The translations under genes and the position numbers were made by a program. 64,000 bases of DNA from Lingula anatina (taxonomy: Eukaryota > Animalia > Brachiopoda): positions 1,310,954-1,374,953 of the forward strand of contig CM120644.1 of the NCBI GenBank assembly GCA_051362555.1, read 5' to 3'. The notes under the pieces were generated by a model. It was given only the letters and a program-made list of their open reading frames with translations. It did no database searches and was not told where the DNA came from. Below are positions 38,973 to 52,801 of this stretch, piece after piece; position 1 is the first letter of the stretch; the number at the start of each line of letters is the position of its first letter.

Positions 38973-40281
38973 GGGGAGACCGGGGCTAGTTGGACCCCGG
39001 GGTAAGTTGGCCCCCCGTCATTTTATGAAAAAGTAACTACGAGGTAAAGAAATTGGCCACATACACTTGTAAAGTGACCGTAGCCTACAATGCTAAGGAA
39101 GTGTCGGCCGTTAAAAAAGTTTTAATTAAGCGGTGAGTCCAAATAAACTATTTTTGCACCTAAAAGTAATTTTGTTTAAGAGATTTAAAAATCTATTTTC
39201 ATAGGCTTTTGATCGAATATAAGATATGTATAGGGCATCAAACTGAAGCTCATTGTTTCAAGTTTCACAAAGATGTATCATCGTTGCTCATTCTAGCACC
39301 ATAAATGGCTGCCATCCCTTAAAATAAATAATGTGCACCCGGGGCTAGTTGGCCCCCTTGACTCGGGGCAAGTTGGACCCTCATATTACCCAAAATCCTT
39401 TGCGCGCAACGCTGTTTGAAATAAACAAGAAGTTGTAACTTCTTGAAATAAACAAGTTGGTGAAATTGACAAAGCTAGCCGGTGTTTACCGTCTGATTGA
39501 TTTTTTTTTTATTTGCTCTCTGGTGTCTTTTCGAAAATTTATATTAGAAATGTTCTGTTGATTGTATGTATTAGAAAGCAAATCCATTGGACTTATTTTT
39601 ATTGATTTGCCTTAATTCATTGTAAGGTGATTTTATTGTATTTGTAGTGTTATATGTGGCCCCAAGGGGATTTTCCACCCCTCCCATTGTTGAAACAAAC
39701 TCACTGGTTTAAAACTGAATTTGTTACTTTCTTTTAAAACGTAAATTTATTATTCGTTTTCATTCATTAAAAACCTGCTTTATAACATTATTAATTTATT
39801 CTTAATTAAAACAAAACAAATTTTATTGATAGATTTTTTGGTTCTTGCAACACATACCCCCCCCCCCCCCCCACACACACACACACAACGTGACGTACGG
39901 AAACCTCAATAAATCTGCCTCATTTGAACTGTTTATTCATCAAAGACTCTCAAAAATCAATTTAATAAATTAAAAATGTATAAAAATGTATTTCAAGGCG
40001 TTTACATGGGATATATACTTCATTTTCGTATAGGGGGGCCAACTTGCCCCGACCCTCGGGCCAACTTGCCCCGTGGCGGGGCAAGTTGGCCCCCTTGACG
40101 TCAACTGCGTTTTTTGTCAAATTGTGAGCCATCTGGCATTATATTTGAAAAATAATGGCGTTACATACGTAGCTTAGTTCATGGGGCTTACTTTGAAACC
40201 GGTTTTGTTACTCTAACCCATTCCTAGTTGGCTCTACAAGGCCAAAAGTGTCTAACTGGGCCAACTAGCCCCGGTCTCCCC
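38973..40281. mobile_element. Non-autonomous TA-target TIR element (Tc1/mariner-pogo type by inference)
   Basis: TIR GGGGAGACCGGGGCTAGTTGG / CCAACTAGCCCCGGTCTCCCC, TA duplicated, internal ggggcaagttggccc repeats. Empty site gcatgtgttataacaattcc at ~4482, 13095 and 24827. Confidence 0.9.
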
Positions 40282-40559
40282 TATAACAATTCCATCATCA
40301 CAAAAATTAGGTGGAAAAACGTTTCTATCTTCAGTTGCATAAAATGCATTAACAGTTATTCTTAGTTAGCAGAGTCTTTAATGCATTCTATGCTTTAATT
40401 TGACTGAGGCGTTATTTAACGACTCTCCCCTCCTTCAAGATAGGTCCAGCGATCCGGCTGACTAGACGTGCATTGGGCGTCCGCCAGTAGTCATTCTGTT
40501 ATGAATTGAATCAGAATGATCAACTGAACTTGATGGGTAAGTGTGGTTTCTTCAATCAG

Positions 40560-40595
<36 letters not shown>

Positions 40596-40710
40596 TTAGA
40601 TAAAAATATAATTTTTCAACAGATGGGTGTGTTTTCTAAAATCCTCATACATGTCTTAAAATGCAAAGAGACCTCCAAAATCCCCACTTAAATCACCGCT
40701 GCATACCTTA

Positions 40711-40793
40711 GGGGAGACCGGGGCTAGTTGGACCCTGGGGTAAGTTGGCCCCCCGTCAATTTATGAAAAAGTAACTACGAGGTAAAAAAATTG
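40711..40793 (+). mobile_element. Left-end fragment of a second copy of the same TIR element
   Basis: Near-identical to 38973-39055, inserted after cctTA. The rest of the element and adjacent host sequence are missing. Confidence 0.85.
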
Positions 40794-41333
40794 AAATAAC
40801 GTAAAAAATAACTTGTCTGTCTTCTTATCACAAAGGTGGCCTTTCATTCAGGTCAGGGCACTAGAAATTTTACGAGTGTTCCATTAGATAAAAAGTGCTT
40901 GGGGTATACTGAAAAGACATTGTTTATTGCAGCACTACAATTTATGGCAGACGATAGGCGTAACCGGGTTGGCATCAATTATATGTAATTGTAAGCTTCA
41001 AGACGGTGCGTGAATTGGATGGAAAAGATTGGTACAAATGTAGTTGAACCGGGCGCCTCCGAGATCTTTCTCTCTCTCTCTCTCACACACACACACACGC
41101 ACACACACACACACACATACACACACACAGGGACGTTTAAAAAAACATTCATATTGTCAGGGATGATTTTTTTTAATGCAGTGTATTATGCAATCCCCAT
41201 TCCAAGCATATAAGATAGAAAATAAAACCAAACAAACAAAAAGGGACATAGCCGATAGTTTATTCACATGTGTGGGCTGATATGCAGTTTTGATAATGAG
41301 CTCTCGCAAAACACACAAAAGCACTCACTAGGA

Positions 41334-41371
<38 letters not shown>

Positions 41372-42135
41372 AAGAGAGGGAGGGATGGTAGGGGAGAAAG
41401 AGAGGATTGACTTGCATGCGTTATAACAATTCCATCATCACAAAAACGTTTCTATCTTCAGTTGTATTAACTGTATTAACAGTTTTTCTTAATTAGCAGA
41501 TTCGGTGCTTTTTATGCTTAACTTTGACTTAGGCGTTATTTAACGACACCCCCTCCTTCAAGAATAGCTCCCACTGACTACATGTGCATTGGGCGTCCGC
41601 CAGTAGTCATTATTTCATGAACAGAATTATAATGATCACTGGCGGACGCTCAATGCACGTGTGGTCACGGGGAGCGCTGGACTATTTGTACAACTCTTTT
41701 CCATCCGATTTATCTACCGCCTTGAAGCTTACAAGTAAGTATGGCACCAACTCCGAGTATGCCCATTATGTCTATCAAAGTCTTTCCATTGTGCCCCAGG
41801 CGCTTCTTATCTAATGAAACACTCGTAAATATGTCTTACCCTCACCTGTCGTAACTTCTGAATGAATGAGTGACTTGCCAACTTTGAAGATACTTGGTAA
41901 CTGAAACCAAAGTAAGTGATAATGCATTTCACGTGTGTCCTATTTAGCCATTCCTACCTTAACACATATCGTAAGGCAAAGTATTCGGTTCCAAAATACA
42001 ATAATTACGCATTCGTTTTGTATTTTGGGACGTTATGAAATAGCTGCCTTGGTTAAGTTTTGACAGACTTCGACGTCCGTCAAGGTCCGAGTCCCACTCC
42101 TAAAGTCCGCAGACGACATCTCTTTTCAGGCCAAG

Positions 42136-42876
42136 ATGATGAAGTTCGTTCTATTCGCTGCTCTCCTGACCGTGGCAGCCGCCATGTATTGGGAAAGTCT
42201 TGGTCAAAGGTGAGAGAGAGAGAGAGAGAAAGAGAGATTAGTGAAGGATCCATACATGTTGTGAATTCTAGCTGCAACAGACAGTTCATCTGGACGACCA
42301 TGTTTTTTTTTTACCAATGTAAATATTGTTTCGGGAAATTTCGATTTTTCTTATGATTTTTTAAAATACTATGGGACTTGGATACTATTGGACTTACTTA
42401 GGCGTTGATAATGCTTTCAAATAGTATTTTGCCGCTTTTGACTTTATAGGTATTGTACATAGCTAAACAGGTCGTTCTCCAGTCTTCTCCGCTAGTCCAT
42501 TTCCCCCTCAAAATACATGTCCAGTTGTAAAGGCCCTAAGGCTTATACAACAAAATCGAGATATTAGAAATGAGACAAAACCTGTGGGGTTTATTTTTTA
42601 TATTGAAAACTATAGGTTCCTGTTTTTATAAGGCCTCTTTAAGCAGTCAAAGTAATTTGAAAAGTAGGATTTGAAAAGTTGTCTTTTATAATTTGAATTA
42701 GGACTTACTACGGCTATCAACCAGACAGATATGGATATGGTTATAAACCAGACGACTATGGCACCAACAGCGGATATCGCAGCTACGGGTACAACAGCTA
42801 TGCAGGGGTAGGGTATAACTACAACAGAAGGAACGGATACACTGGATACGTACCAAGGCCTTATAACCTAATGTGA
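42136..42876 (+). CDS. Secreted Tyr/Gly/Arg/Asn-rich peptide B1, 82 aa; exons 42136-42209 and 42702-42876
   Basis: GT-AG phase-2 intron 42210-42701. Product: MMKFVLFAALLTVAAAMYWESLGQRTYYGYQPDRYGYGYKPDDYGTNSGYRSYGYNSYAGVGYNYNRRNGYTGYVPRPYNLM*. The TATA position reads TATGAAA (42034-42040). Confidence 0.85.
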
Positions 42877-44683
42877 GTTTAATGTTGACATTTTGATTTT
42901 GTTATATAATTTACTGTATCTTTTTTACCTAGAACATGTATAATCTGGTTTCTCCGACTAAAAAAGTATGAAAATTATGTATGACATTCAGGTATAAACA
43001 TTATAACATTTTTGAATGTTTTTGTACCTTTTCTAACTCATCTTCGTAATAAGGCAGAATAATTGTTCCCATTACTATAGAAAGACGACAAAGGAATGAA
43101 TAACTTCTCAGTACTCTTTGCGTTTTTTAATAGCATTACATATGTTTGCTGCAAGTGTTATGTTAGACATACTTATACACGTGTTTGTGTTTGAATAACT
43201 GAAGATATAGGCCCTAACTACAAGAGGTGATTGCACATACTGGTATGTGTACATACAAATACATGTATATTTGACAAATTTTGCAGGGAGGACTATTGCT
43301 TATGGTATCATATAATACAATCTGTGTTAAATGATAATTAACACAAAATAGCTGTCGTTTTCTTCTATGACCATCTAAACGAAGTTTTCTTTTAATTCCA
43401 GGCACTGAAAATGCACCTGTCCTTCACTCTGCAGCGTTCAGCGAAGGATATGACGACACCAGCCGTGTGATTTGTACTTTACAGTTGCTCTCACATATAC
43501 TACCAAATGCTTGGAAGACTTTTTCCGAGTGAATAGACTGATGCAATTTCGAAACTTAGTCTGGACCTATTTATCTTCAAAATGTTTGTCATTGCCTAAG
43601 AAATAAAGCATAAAACCTGTCCCAAATAGTCTCTGTTTTGACTCCTACATCAATGAAAACGATTGACAAAAGTTAAAGACATAAATATGTTGATGCTCAT
43701 ATATATGTAAATCAATCCGACTTTAACTCGTGTATGAGGTAACACATACAATTACGGGTTCTAAAATAACTTCAATAACCTAACTAAGTACGTTGTTTAT
43801 CATAGAGATTGTGCCACAACTGAAAAATAATATAAGGACTTCACAAGCCATCAGCATTCTCTCAAAAATGGGCTCGTGTTTATGGCGGAGCTGTAGTCAC
43901 GGTAGTTTGACTTTATGGAGAATTTCAAAACAAATTTATTCAGAACTATTCTCATCGTTAGTCTTTATGTTCATATTAGCTTTGTTATTTATATTTTGAG
44001 TTGGTTCCGCACAGTGTAACTGTTCTGTTTATCTAGCAGCGTTCCTCACAATCTTAATCCACACCCCCTACTTTCAAGTGAATTAATTTAACCTTTGTTG
44101 ATAACGGTATCCTCATTAAGTGCCACAATTTTTTCACTTGGTCTTTACTTTTAGTTAAATGATATTTGACTGAAGCACGATGTAAAAGAAATGTAAAATA
44201 CCATGAGATGTGTTAGTATTAAAGGGATGGATATTCTTAGTGAGCCAAACACAAAGGAAAATGTGAAAATCTTTGACGTGGCTGTTCAACGTGCAGAAGT
44301 CTATACGATATCCAATATTTGTTTAAGCTAAAATAGACGGCTTATAATAAATGACTAACCGTATACACGAGACAAAGACAGTGAAATTAACGTAGTATCT
44401 GACAGTGGGCCACCTTTGAGCATTGTAACGCGCACGTAGTTATCCTTCCAAATAGAAAGTCTTTTGAAAATTCGATGATATAAAAAGATGATATAATAAG
44501 GTAATAAAAAAAACATCAGCCGTTTATCGTTAGTGTTGTTTCTCTATTTCTAGACAAGTCTGAAACTGTGACACCTTACATAGAGGGCCAATTCTGCAAA
44601 TATTTTAAAGGACGGCCATCTGTTTGTGATTCTCTAATTAAACTATGGGAGTTCTATTTCGAAAAGAATTATCTGATATTTTT

Positions 44684-45066
44684 ATTGCTTCCGGAAATCA
44701 ACAGTCACAATCTATCACCAATTAATACCTACAATGCTTCCCATTACACCAGTCACAATCTATCACCAAATACTACCCACATTGCTTCCGAGCACACCAG
44801 TCACAATCTATTACCAAATACTACCAACATTGCTTCCGAGCACACCAGTCACAATCTATCACCAAATACTACCCACATTGCTTCCGAGCACACCAGTCAC
44901 AATCTATCACCAAATACTACCCACATTGCTTCCGAGCACACCAGTCACAATCTATCACCAAATACTACCAACATTGCTCCCAAGGTCATCAGTAACAATT
45001 TATCTCCAAATACTACCCACAATGCTTCCTAGCACACCAGTCACAATCTATCACCAAATACTACCA
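44684..45066. repeat. 48-bp minisatellite, ~8 more diverged units
   Basis: Same unit and same right flank (atgcgtgtttataaagag), but a different left flank with no promoter copy. Confidence 0.92.
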
Positions 45067-45534
45067 TGCGTGTTTATAAAGAGTATCAGGCATGCTCTTG
45101 GCACTTTCTTTGTATGACACTGATAATTGTGTTATAGTAAACAATGTCAAAATACATAACTAGATAACCACTCAGAGAACTAACGCAGACCTACGTAAAT
45201 GAAACGGCATAAAAGTTTATTCTTTTTTATTGTTATTTGGAGGAAACTTCGGGTGTTTTATTGTGATTGGTAAGTTTTCAATACCGCATGTAAAGTTTAC
45301 TTTCTTAAGAGAATCTTGTAGGAAAGTATATAAAGACAATTGCAAAAGCATACACTGTGTCTTCCTTGACGTAGGCCATAACGATCCGTGATAGTGGTGC
45401 CATTATTAATTAAGCGTCAGTTTGAATAATGCTTTGTCTTCTAAGAAATACATTTAGTCGTGGTGTCTTCTGGTAATTAAATACTTAATTCAAACATGTT
45501 TTCTTAACGTGCTTGTACTATGGGTAAAATATAA

Positions 45535-45632
45535 CCTAGCAGACAAACGACATTGATTCACCGTTTAATCAACGTTAACTTTTGTGGATTAACGTTGATT
45601 CAACGTAGAATCAATGTCGTTTGCCTGCTGGG
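45535..45632. mobile_element. 98-bp palindromic miniature inverted-repeat insertion
   Basis: CCTAGCAGACAAACGACATTGATTC...GAATCAATGTCGTTTGCCTGCTGGG, flanked by ATAA on both sides. Empty site aaatataactttc at ~9349, 20580, 33789 and 57451. Confidence 0.85.
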
Positions 45633-47013
45633 ATAACTTTCTTTTAACTTTTACAAGCATTTAGAATAAAATCAGTGAAGGTGAATTTTTAATAAAAAAA
45701 CACATTCGAGTGTCTCTGTATTTCGCCAGGCCATGAACTTAAAAGCTTGGTATTTTAGTTAAGAAAAATAAGTCTATTCTGTTTTACATATGTAAATACA
45801 AGGTCTTCAGTTGGTCTCTTTGATGCGGAAACAGTTATTTATAGAGTCCTTATTACAAAAACTCTGGCATTTACAATGTGTACTTCAAAGAGGGAGGTTC
45901 TGTTTCTGATGAGGAACGTTGCCTCGAGAAAAGGGCCAACGCTTACATGGCATGTGTTGGCATATTTTAAAGAAATAGTATACAACAGTTCTCTTGACGA
46001 AAGTGGTTGTCTAAAGTGGTTGTCAAACCCCTGTTTTTTTGTCATTAACATCAACATGTCTTTAAAACACGGCTGTACCATGTTGCAGATACATGTTTAA
46101 TCGCGAGACATGCAAGAGAAACAACAGACACGATTATGATACACATTTCTGTGGATTGCTGTAATGGACTTTTAAATATGATCCCTGTTTATGTGACCTT
46201 TTAAATAAATATTCTCTTAAATAAAAACGCTCATAATTCCCATGGACATTTACAATCTATATTGGTTTAAAAAGACTAAAAACAAAATGACATCTTCATC
46301 ACATATTTTATTGCATAAGCGTTGAAAAATTTCATACATGTAATACAGAATATGTTTCCAAATTGCACCGGTCTATTTATGGGCAAAAGCAGTAAAGATA
46401 TTTAGAATGATATGAGCAAGGATCTGTTTGGTATGGGTCACGTGGTGGATATCGTCATATCCGGCTGTGCACACTGCAGAATAAAGGTTATCCGCAGCAT
46501 CTGTTTCTGGAATATACAAAAAAATGATCGATAATGTCATTTAGACACGGTGCGGGTCACGGTTGCTATTAAAAACGGACCAATACATGACTTAATGACT
46601 AGACAATTGTCTAAAGTCTCTTCCTTCAGATCAATACAGTTCAATGCTTTTAACCTTTTGTTGTACTTATTGGCGGAGACTATCAAGACTATGAAGAAGG
46701 AGACTGTGTCGACACCTGCCAACTTGGAGCTTTTTTTACAAGATTGGTGGAACACATTTGGATCTTGACTCGAGCACAATTCAGATAAATGATACAGAAT
46801 AGGTCGGTTCGGTTTTAACATACGGACGACCATTGCAAGTTATATCATATTTACAGACTGTTAATTAAAACTCGTTTATCATCTTTTTTTATTTTCTGAC
46901 TAGTTTTAACTAGCTATTAGGAAACATGTAGTAAGCTGAAGTTTACATGTATTAAGCTGAATTACACAATCGTGAATAAACTGTAAAATGTGAATGAAAA
47001 CGAAATCTTACTA

Positions 47014-47568
47014 CTAATATTGCCATGGGGTATATGATCCCTTCTTTCCTCCGTATTGAGGCTTTCCGTATCCAGCACCTTTGTATCCATAGCCTCCATA
47101 TCCGTACCCATGGTCATAATTCATGTAGCTGTTGTAGCCATTTCCATATCCGTCTGGTTGATATCCATAGTGAGTCCTTTTACAAAATAAAAAAAGACAT
47201 ATATCTTTTCAATTTCATTGGGACAAAATTATCAATATGAAAGAAGAAAACGTCGCCTGTCAGTCTGCCAGTCTTCAGTGGCACTCTGCTTATTAGACGT
47301 GCAGTAAAGGCTGAGCGTATCATTTTCTCTATAAAATGATCATTTCTTCCCTTGTTTTGTCTCGATTCTAGAGCGCTGAACAAAATGAAACCACAACAGT
47401 AACTTGGTTCTAAACAAAGGTTAGCTAGGCAATTTCAACAGCTACATATTAAAAGAAAACAGACTGTCCGGATCAACCCCCTTTTTAATTCCAATTGCAC
47501 TGTTAGATGAACTGAATGTAAATAAGATTAAATCACGAAACAAGCAATGATACCGTAGTAAATCTCTT

Positions 47569-47599
<31 letters not shown>

Positions 47600-47706
47600 T
47601 ATACACGTATACACACACACACACACACACACCTTTTACTCCCAGAGTCCCACCAATTGGCGGCTGTCACGGCCACGAGAGCAGCGAGTAGAATCAGCTT
47701 CATCAT
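47014..47706 (-). CDS. Secreted Gly/Tyr-rich peptide A4, 78 aa; exons 47706-47633 and 47176-47014
   Basis: TATAAAAA 47806-47799; AATAAA 46893-46888. Product: MMKLILLAALVAVTAANWWDSGSKRTHYGYQPDGYGNGYNSYMNYDHGYGYGGYGYKGAGYGKPQYGGKKGSYTPWQY*. Confidence 0.9.
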
Positions 47707-48548
47707 CTTGGCGGAAAGAACTGTCGTCTGCCTACTGTTGAAATGTGACTTGGAGCTTGGTTGAAGTCGAAGTCTGTCAAAACTGGACCAAGTCAATCTT
47801 TTTATACCGACCTGAAACACAAAACGATTTGGTAATTATTAGCCCTTCAGTAGTTTGCCTTAAGCTATTTGTGACAAATGTCTGGATGTTAATTAGATAT
47901 AAGACACATACGGAATAATCATGTTCGCAACGCATAATCAAACTGCCAAATTTAATTATTCCTATTTTTAAGCAGTCAGTGCTTATTACAATGGTAAAAA
48001 CCAAGAGCAAAATGAAGACTAAGGTAGAAAAATGCCCAAACTGCTCTTAGCAGTTATGCTTTACTCCTTTTTCGGTATTGTAAAATACGGCAGTCAAAAA
48101 TTTAATTTAAAAGTAATATTTTGTCGGTCTTTAAATTATGACAGAGTTGATAAAGCGTTTTGTTATAAATTAAAGTCATGATGTTTTAAACTCAGAACCA
48201 TGCAACAAACCCGCGTATCCATGACATTCATCTAGCAAATGATAAACTGCAATTTCTGCTGATAGATGAATAATACCAATACTGGAAATCAAGAAAAACA
48301 CCAATCTGTCTCCTCGTTACAACGATGGCAAGACTAGCTTTATTATTAATTCTGGTGAGAAGTTACAACAGGTTAAGACACTATATTTTACGACCTTTTC
48401 ATTAGATAATAATTCCCTGCCTCGGGTGGATTTAAAAGAACTTTTATGTTACAGACTTACATAACAGGGTTGGTGCCAATAAGATGTGCGTGTCAGCTTT
48501 AAGGCATACTGGTACCTGAACTTGATGGATAAGTGTGGTGACTTCAAT

Positions 48549-48606
<58 letters not shown>

Positions 48607-48802
48607 AACACACAGGGACGTAAAAAAACGTTCATATTGTCAGGAATGTTTTCTTTTTTAATGCAGTGTATTATGCAATCCTCATTCCAAGCATATGAGA
48701 TAAAGATAAAACCAAACAAACAAAAGGGACATTTTTTTATAGCCGATAGTTTATTCCCATATGTGTGATAGATAGGCTGGTATGCGATTAAGATTCATTC
48801 AC

Positions 48803-48840
<38 letters not shown>

Positions 48841-50249
48841 AGATAAAACATGCCGTCCAAATCACTGACCAAAATATAATTTTTCAACAGATGGGTGTGA
48901 TTTCTGAAATCCTCATACATGGTTTAAAATGCAAAGAGACCTCCAAAATTCCCACTTATGTCACCGCTGCATACCTTTGTTGTCCCTCTTCGAATTCTAA
49001 TGAAATTTGAGAAGGAAACAAAATGTGCCCAAACGCTGCATTACTTCATTGTTACAAGAAAAGGAGATTTCCAATAACATACTGTCAAGGAGAAGCAGTT
49101 GAGTGGTAATTTTCCAGGTCTCAGAAAAGATACTATTTCATCTTAGCAAACTTATTTCCTTTTTTCTTTTTTTTTTTCAAAAGCAGCTGGTAGTAACGAA
49201 CCAATGCTAATGAACATGATGAATGCTGCTAAATAAACAATACCCAATGAAAATAACGTAAAAAGAATAACTTGTCTGTCTTCTTATCACAAAGGTTGCA
49301 AGTCATTCAGGTCAGAGCACAACCATTTTTACGAGTGTTTCATTAGATAAAAGTGCTTGGGGTAAACTGAAAAGACTTTTTTTATTGCAGCACTACAATT
49401 TATGACAGACGATAGGCTTAAACGGGTTGGCATCAATTATGCAATTGTGAGCTTCATGGCGGTACGTGAATTGGATGGAAATGGCACAAATGCAGTTAAA
49501 CCGGCCGCCTCCGAAATCTCTCTCTCTCTCTCTCTCACTCTCTCTCACCTTTCACACAGGGACGTAAAAACGCTCATATTGTCAGGAAAGGAATGAATTT
49601 TTAAAATGCAGTGTATTATGCAATCCTCATTTCAAGCATATAAGATAAAAATAAAACCAAACAAACAAAAGGGATATTTTCTTCTTAACTGTATACTTAA
49701 GAAAGCTCGATACATGCAAACTTTAATTCATTCATGATAGTTTATTCCCATATGTGTAAAAGATTGGGCTAGTATGCGATTTAGCATTCATCTCTACTAG
49801 TTTATTAAAGCATCGCCTATGTGGAAATGGAACATAGCCGCATTTATTTGATAATGAACTCTCGCAAAACACACAAAAACACGCACTGAGAGAGTGTGTG
49901 TGTTTGGGAGTGAGTGAGAGAGAGAGAGGGAGGGAGGGAGGGGAGAGAGAGGGGATTGACTTGAACTCACACACTGAGAGACAGAGTGTGTGTGCGTGTT
50001 TATGTGTGTGTGATTGAGAGGGAGGGATTAGAGAGAGAGGATTGACTTACATGCATTAGCTGATTCAATGCGTCCTTTGCTTTACTTTGGCTTAGGCGTT
50101 ATTTAACGATACACCCCTCCATCAAGATAGCTCCAGTGCTCTCACGTTATAAAATAGCTGCCTTGGTTAAGTTTTGACAGACTACGTCGTCCGTCAAGAT
50201 CCGAGTCCTTCTCCTAAAGTCCGCAGACTACATCTCTTTTCAGGCCAAG

Positions 50250-52801
50250 ATGATGAAGTTGGTTCTATTCGCTGCTCTCCTAACCGTGGCCGCCGCCATG
50301 TAAAGGGAAAGTGTTGGTCAAAGGTGAGAGAGAGAGAGAGAGAGAGATTAGTGAAGGATCCATACATGTTGTGGATTCTAGCTGCAACAGACAGTTCATC
50401 TTATGGTGCATTTAGTGTTAGTAAACAATCTGGAAGACCATGCATTTTTATTTTATTGTTCTGGGAATCATCTTTGTCTGGGTCGAAGGTTCGATTTTTC
50501 TCATGATTTTTTAAATACTATGGAACTTGGATAACATATGACTTGGCGTAGATAATGCTTTCAAAAAGCATTTTGCCGCTTTTGACTTTACAGGTATTGT
50601 ACTTAGTTTGTAAACGGGTTTAGTAGGGGAGCCAAGGCTAAAAAAATGGCGAAAAAATTTTTATGATATAAAATTTTCGAATATATGGTCGGATAGCCTG
50701 ATATCTGAGGTTTATGACTCTGCTTATTGGACAAATGGGCTCAATTGCGAAAGAGCCCAAAAATCCAAGATGGCCGCCACCCATTATGAATATGCAATAA
50801 ACGCATAAATTGTGAAAAATGCTTGATATTTTCAATTTGTTTCAGGGTAGATGTTTTTTATTGTCCATACATTGTGGAAATATGTACTGTCTGATGATCT
50901 GTAGCAGGAATTGATCAATTGGATTCAAAATGGCGCTCTATTCAAGATGGCGGCCAATATTTCAACATTTTTTGCAATTAAATCATCTTTTCATTGATCT
51001 AGAATTTATTTCAAACATGATATGAGCAAACATTTATCAAATAAAGATTCCCTCTGCTATTACCTGCATTTGTACCATCTATGTATAGTATAGAGGCTTT
51101 GTGATTGCAAAAAAATCCTATATGGCCGCCACACACGCCTTACCATTATGAGTAAAGGGTACCATCTGTCTTTTATAGAAAAGTTCAAATATCTACTTTA
51201 ATGAAGCGAATGCTATTTCTGTTTTACAACTTTTGGGTAAAGAGGAATAGTTTCAATATTTTAAAGGCAAATTCAAAAAGCTACCTCAATCCAAGATGGC
51301 TACCTTATCCAAGATGGCGGCCAAATTTTCACAAGTTTTAACAATGAAGTCATGTTTTCTGTAATCTAAAATGACTTTCAATCAATCTACTATCTGAATA
51401 CAGAATTTAAGTTTGATGATTAGAGAAAAATCCAATATGGCTGCCACACACCCCTTACCAACATGAGACAAAGGCAAAACATGTATCATATCAAAAGTTG
51501 GTATATCTGATTTAATAAAGTACATTATACTTTCATTTTATAATATTTGGGTAAAGTACACTTGTTTTAATTTTATAAAGGTTAATTACAGACTGCCTAT
51601 TAATCCAATATGGCCACTCTTTCCAAGATGGTAGCCAAAAGTTTACCAATATTGCAATTTAATCCTTCTTTCTTTAAGTCAGAATTTCTTTCAATCTTTT
51701 AGAAGCAAAATTCCATAAAATATAGATACTCTACCCTAATAACTGCATTTTTACTATGTATATACAAAATGAAGGCTTAATGCTTATAGAAACACACAAT
51801 ATGGCCACCATAAATCCCTTATACCATTACCCTCATTTGGATTTTTCTCTTCATCAAAAAGCCTCCATTGTGCATGCAGACAACAGAAATGTGTGAAATA
51901 TTATAGAAAAGCTATATGTGATGACAGTTTGCTTATATCATGGTTATAAGAAATTCTAGATTTAAGAAAACATGACTTAATTGCAAAAATTAGTGAAATA
52001 TTGTCCTCCATCTTGGATGAAGCGGCCATTTTGAATCCAGTTGACAAATTATTGCTACAGATCACCAGGAGGTATATAATTCCACAATATATACACAATA
52101 AAAGTATTCTACACTTCAGCAAAGAAATAATATTAATCACTTTTTATAACTGATGCTAATTCTGTGCATTCACCATGGATTGCGGCCATCTTGGATTTTG
52201 GGGCACTTTCGCAATTGAGCTCATTTTTCTAATAAGCAGTTTCATAAACCCCAGGTATTAGGCTCTTCAATGATATGTTTGGAATTTTTATGTCATTAAA
52301 TTTCTTTTACTACCCTATTTTGAAGACTTTTGGAGTTTGGCTCCCCTACTAGTTGTTCTCCACTCTGCTCTCTTCTGCTTATCTTCCCAAAAATATACGT
52401 GCCCAGTCGTAATGACCCTGAGGCTTATACAACAAAATCAAAATATTAGAACTGAGACAAAACCTGGGACAAATCCTTTTGATTCTTTTTTATATTGAAA
52501 ACGTAAGGGTCCTGTTTTTATAAGACCTCTTTAAGCAAGATCAAAAGCAGCAGAAATAATTTGAAAATTAGGAATTGAAAAATATTTTTGTATGAAAATT
52601 AAAAACCGTCTGTTTTATTTTCATTAAGGACCTACATGTATGGCTATCAACCAGACAGATATGGATATGGCTATAAAACAGACGACTATGGCACCAACAG
52701 CGGATATCGCAGCTACGGCTACAACAGCTATGCAGGGGTGGGGTACGACTACAGCAGAAGGATACACTGGATACGTACCAAGGCCTTATAACCCAACGTG
52801 A
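50250..52801 (+). pseudogene. Subfamily B pseudogene; exons 50250-50323 and 52629-52801
   Basis: TATAAAA 50148. Same TAA as the other B pseudogenes (50301-50303) and same intronic transposon. An additional 5-nt deletion near 52761 (agcagaaggatacact) frameshifts exon 2. Confidence 0.88.
50621..52351. mobile_element. Second copy of the TAG-ended TIR element, duplicated with its host segment
   Basis: TAGTAGGGGAGCCAA / TTGGCTCCCCTACTA perfect termini, GTT TSD, same insertion point as 15211-16923. Confidence 0.87.

Noticed and set aside
43000-44680. Unique AT-rich segment after gene B1 as an additional gene
   Set aside because: Only short ORFs without recognisable motifs or a consistent exon chain.
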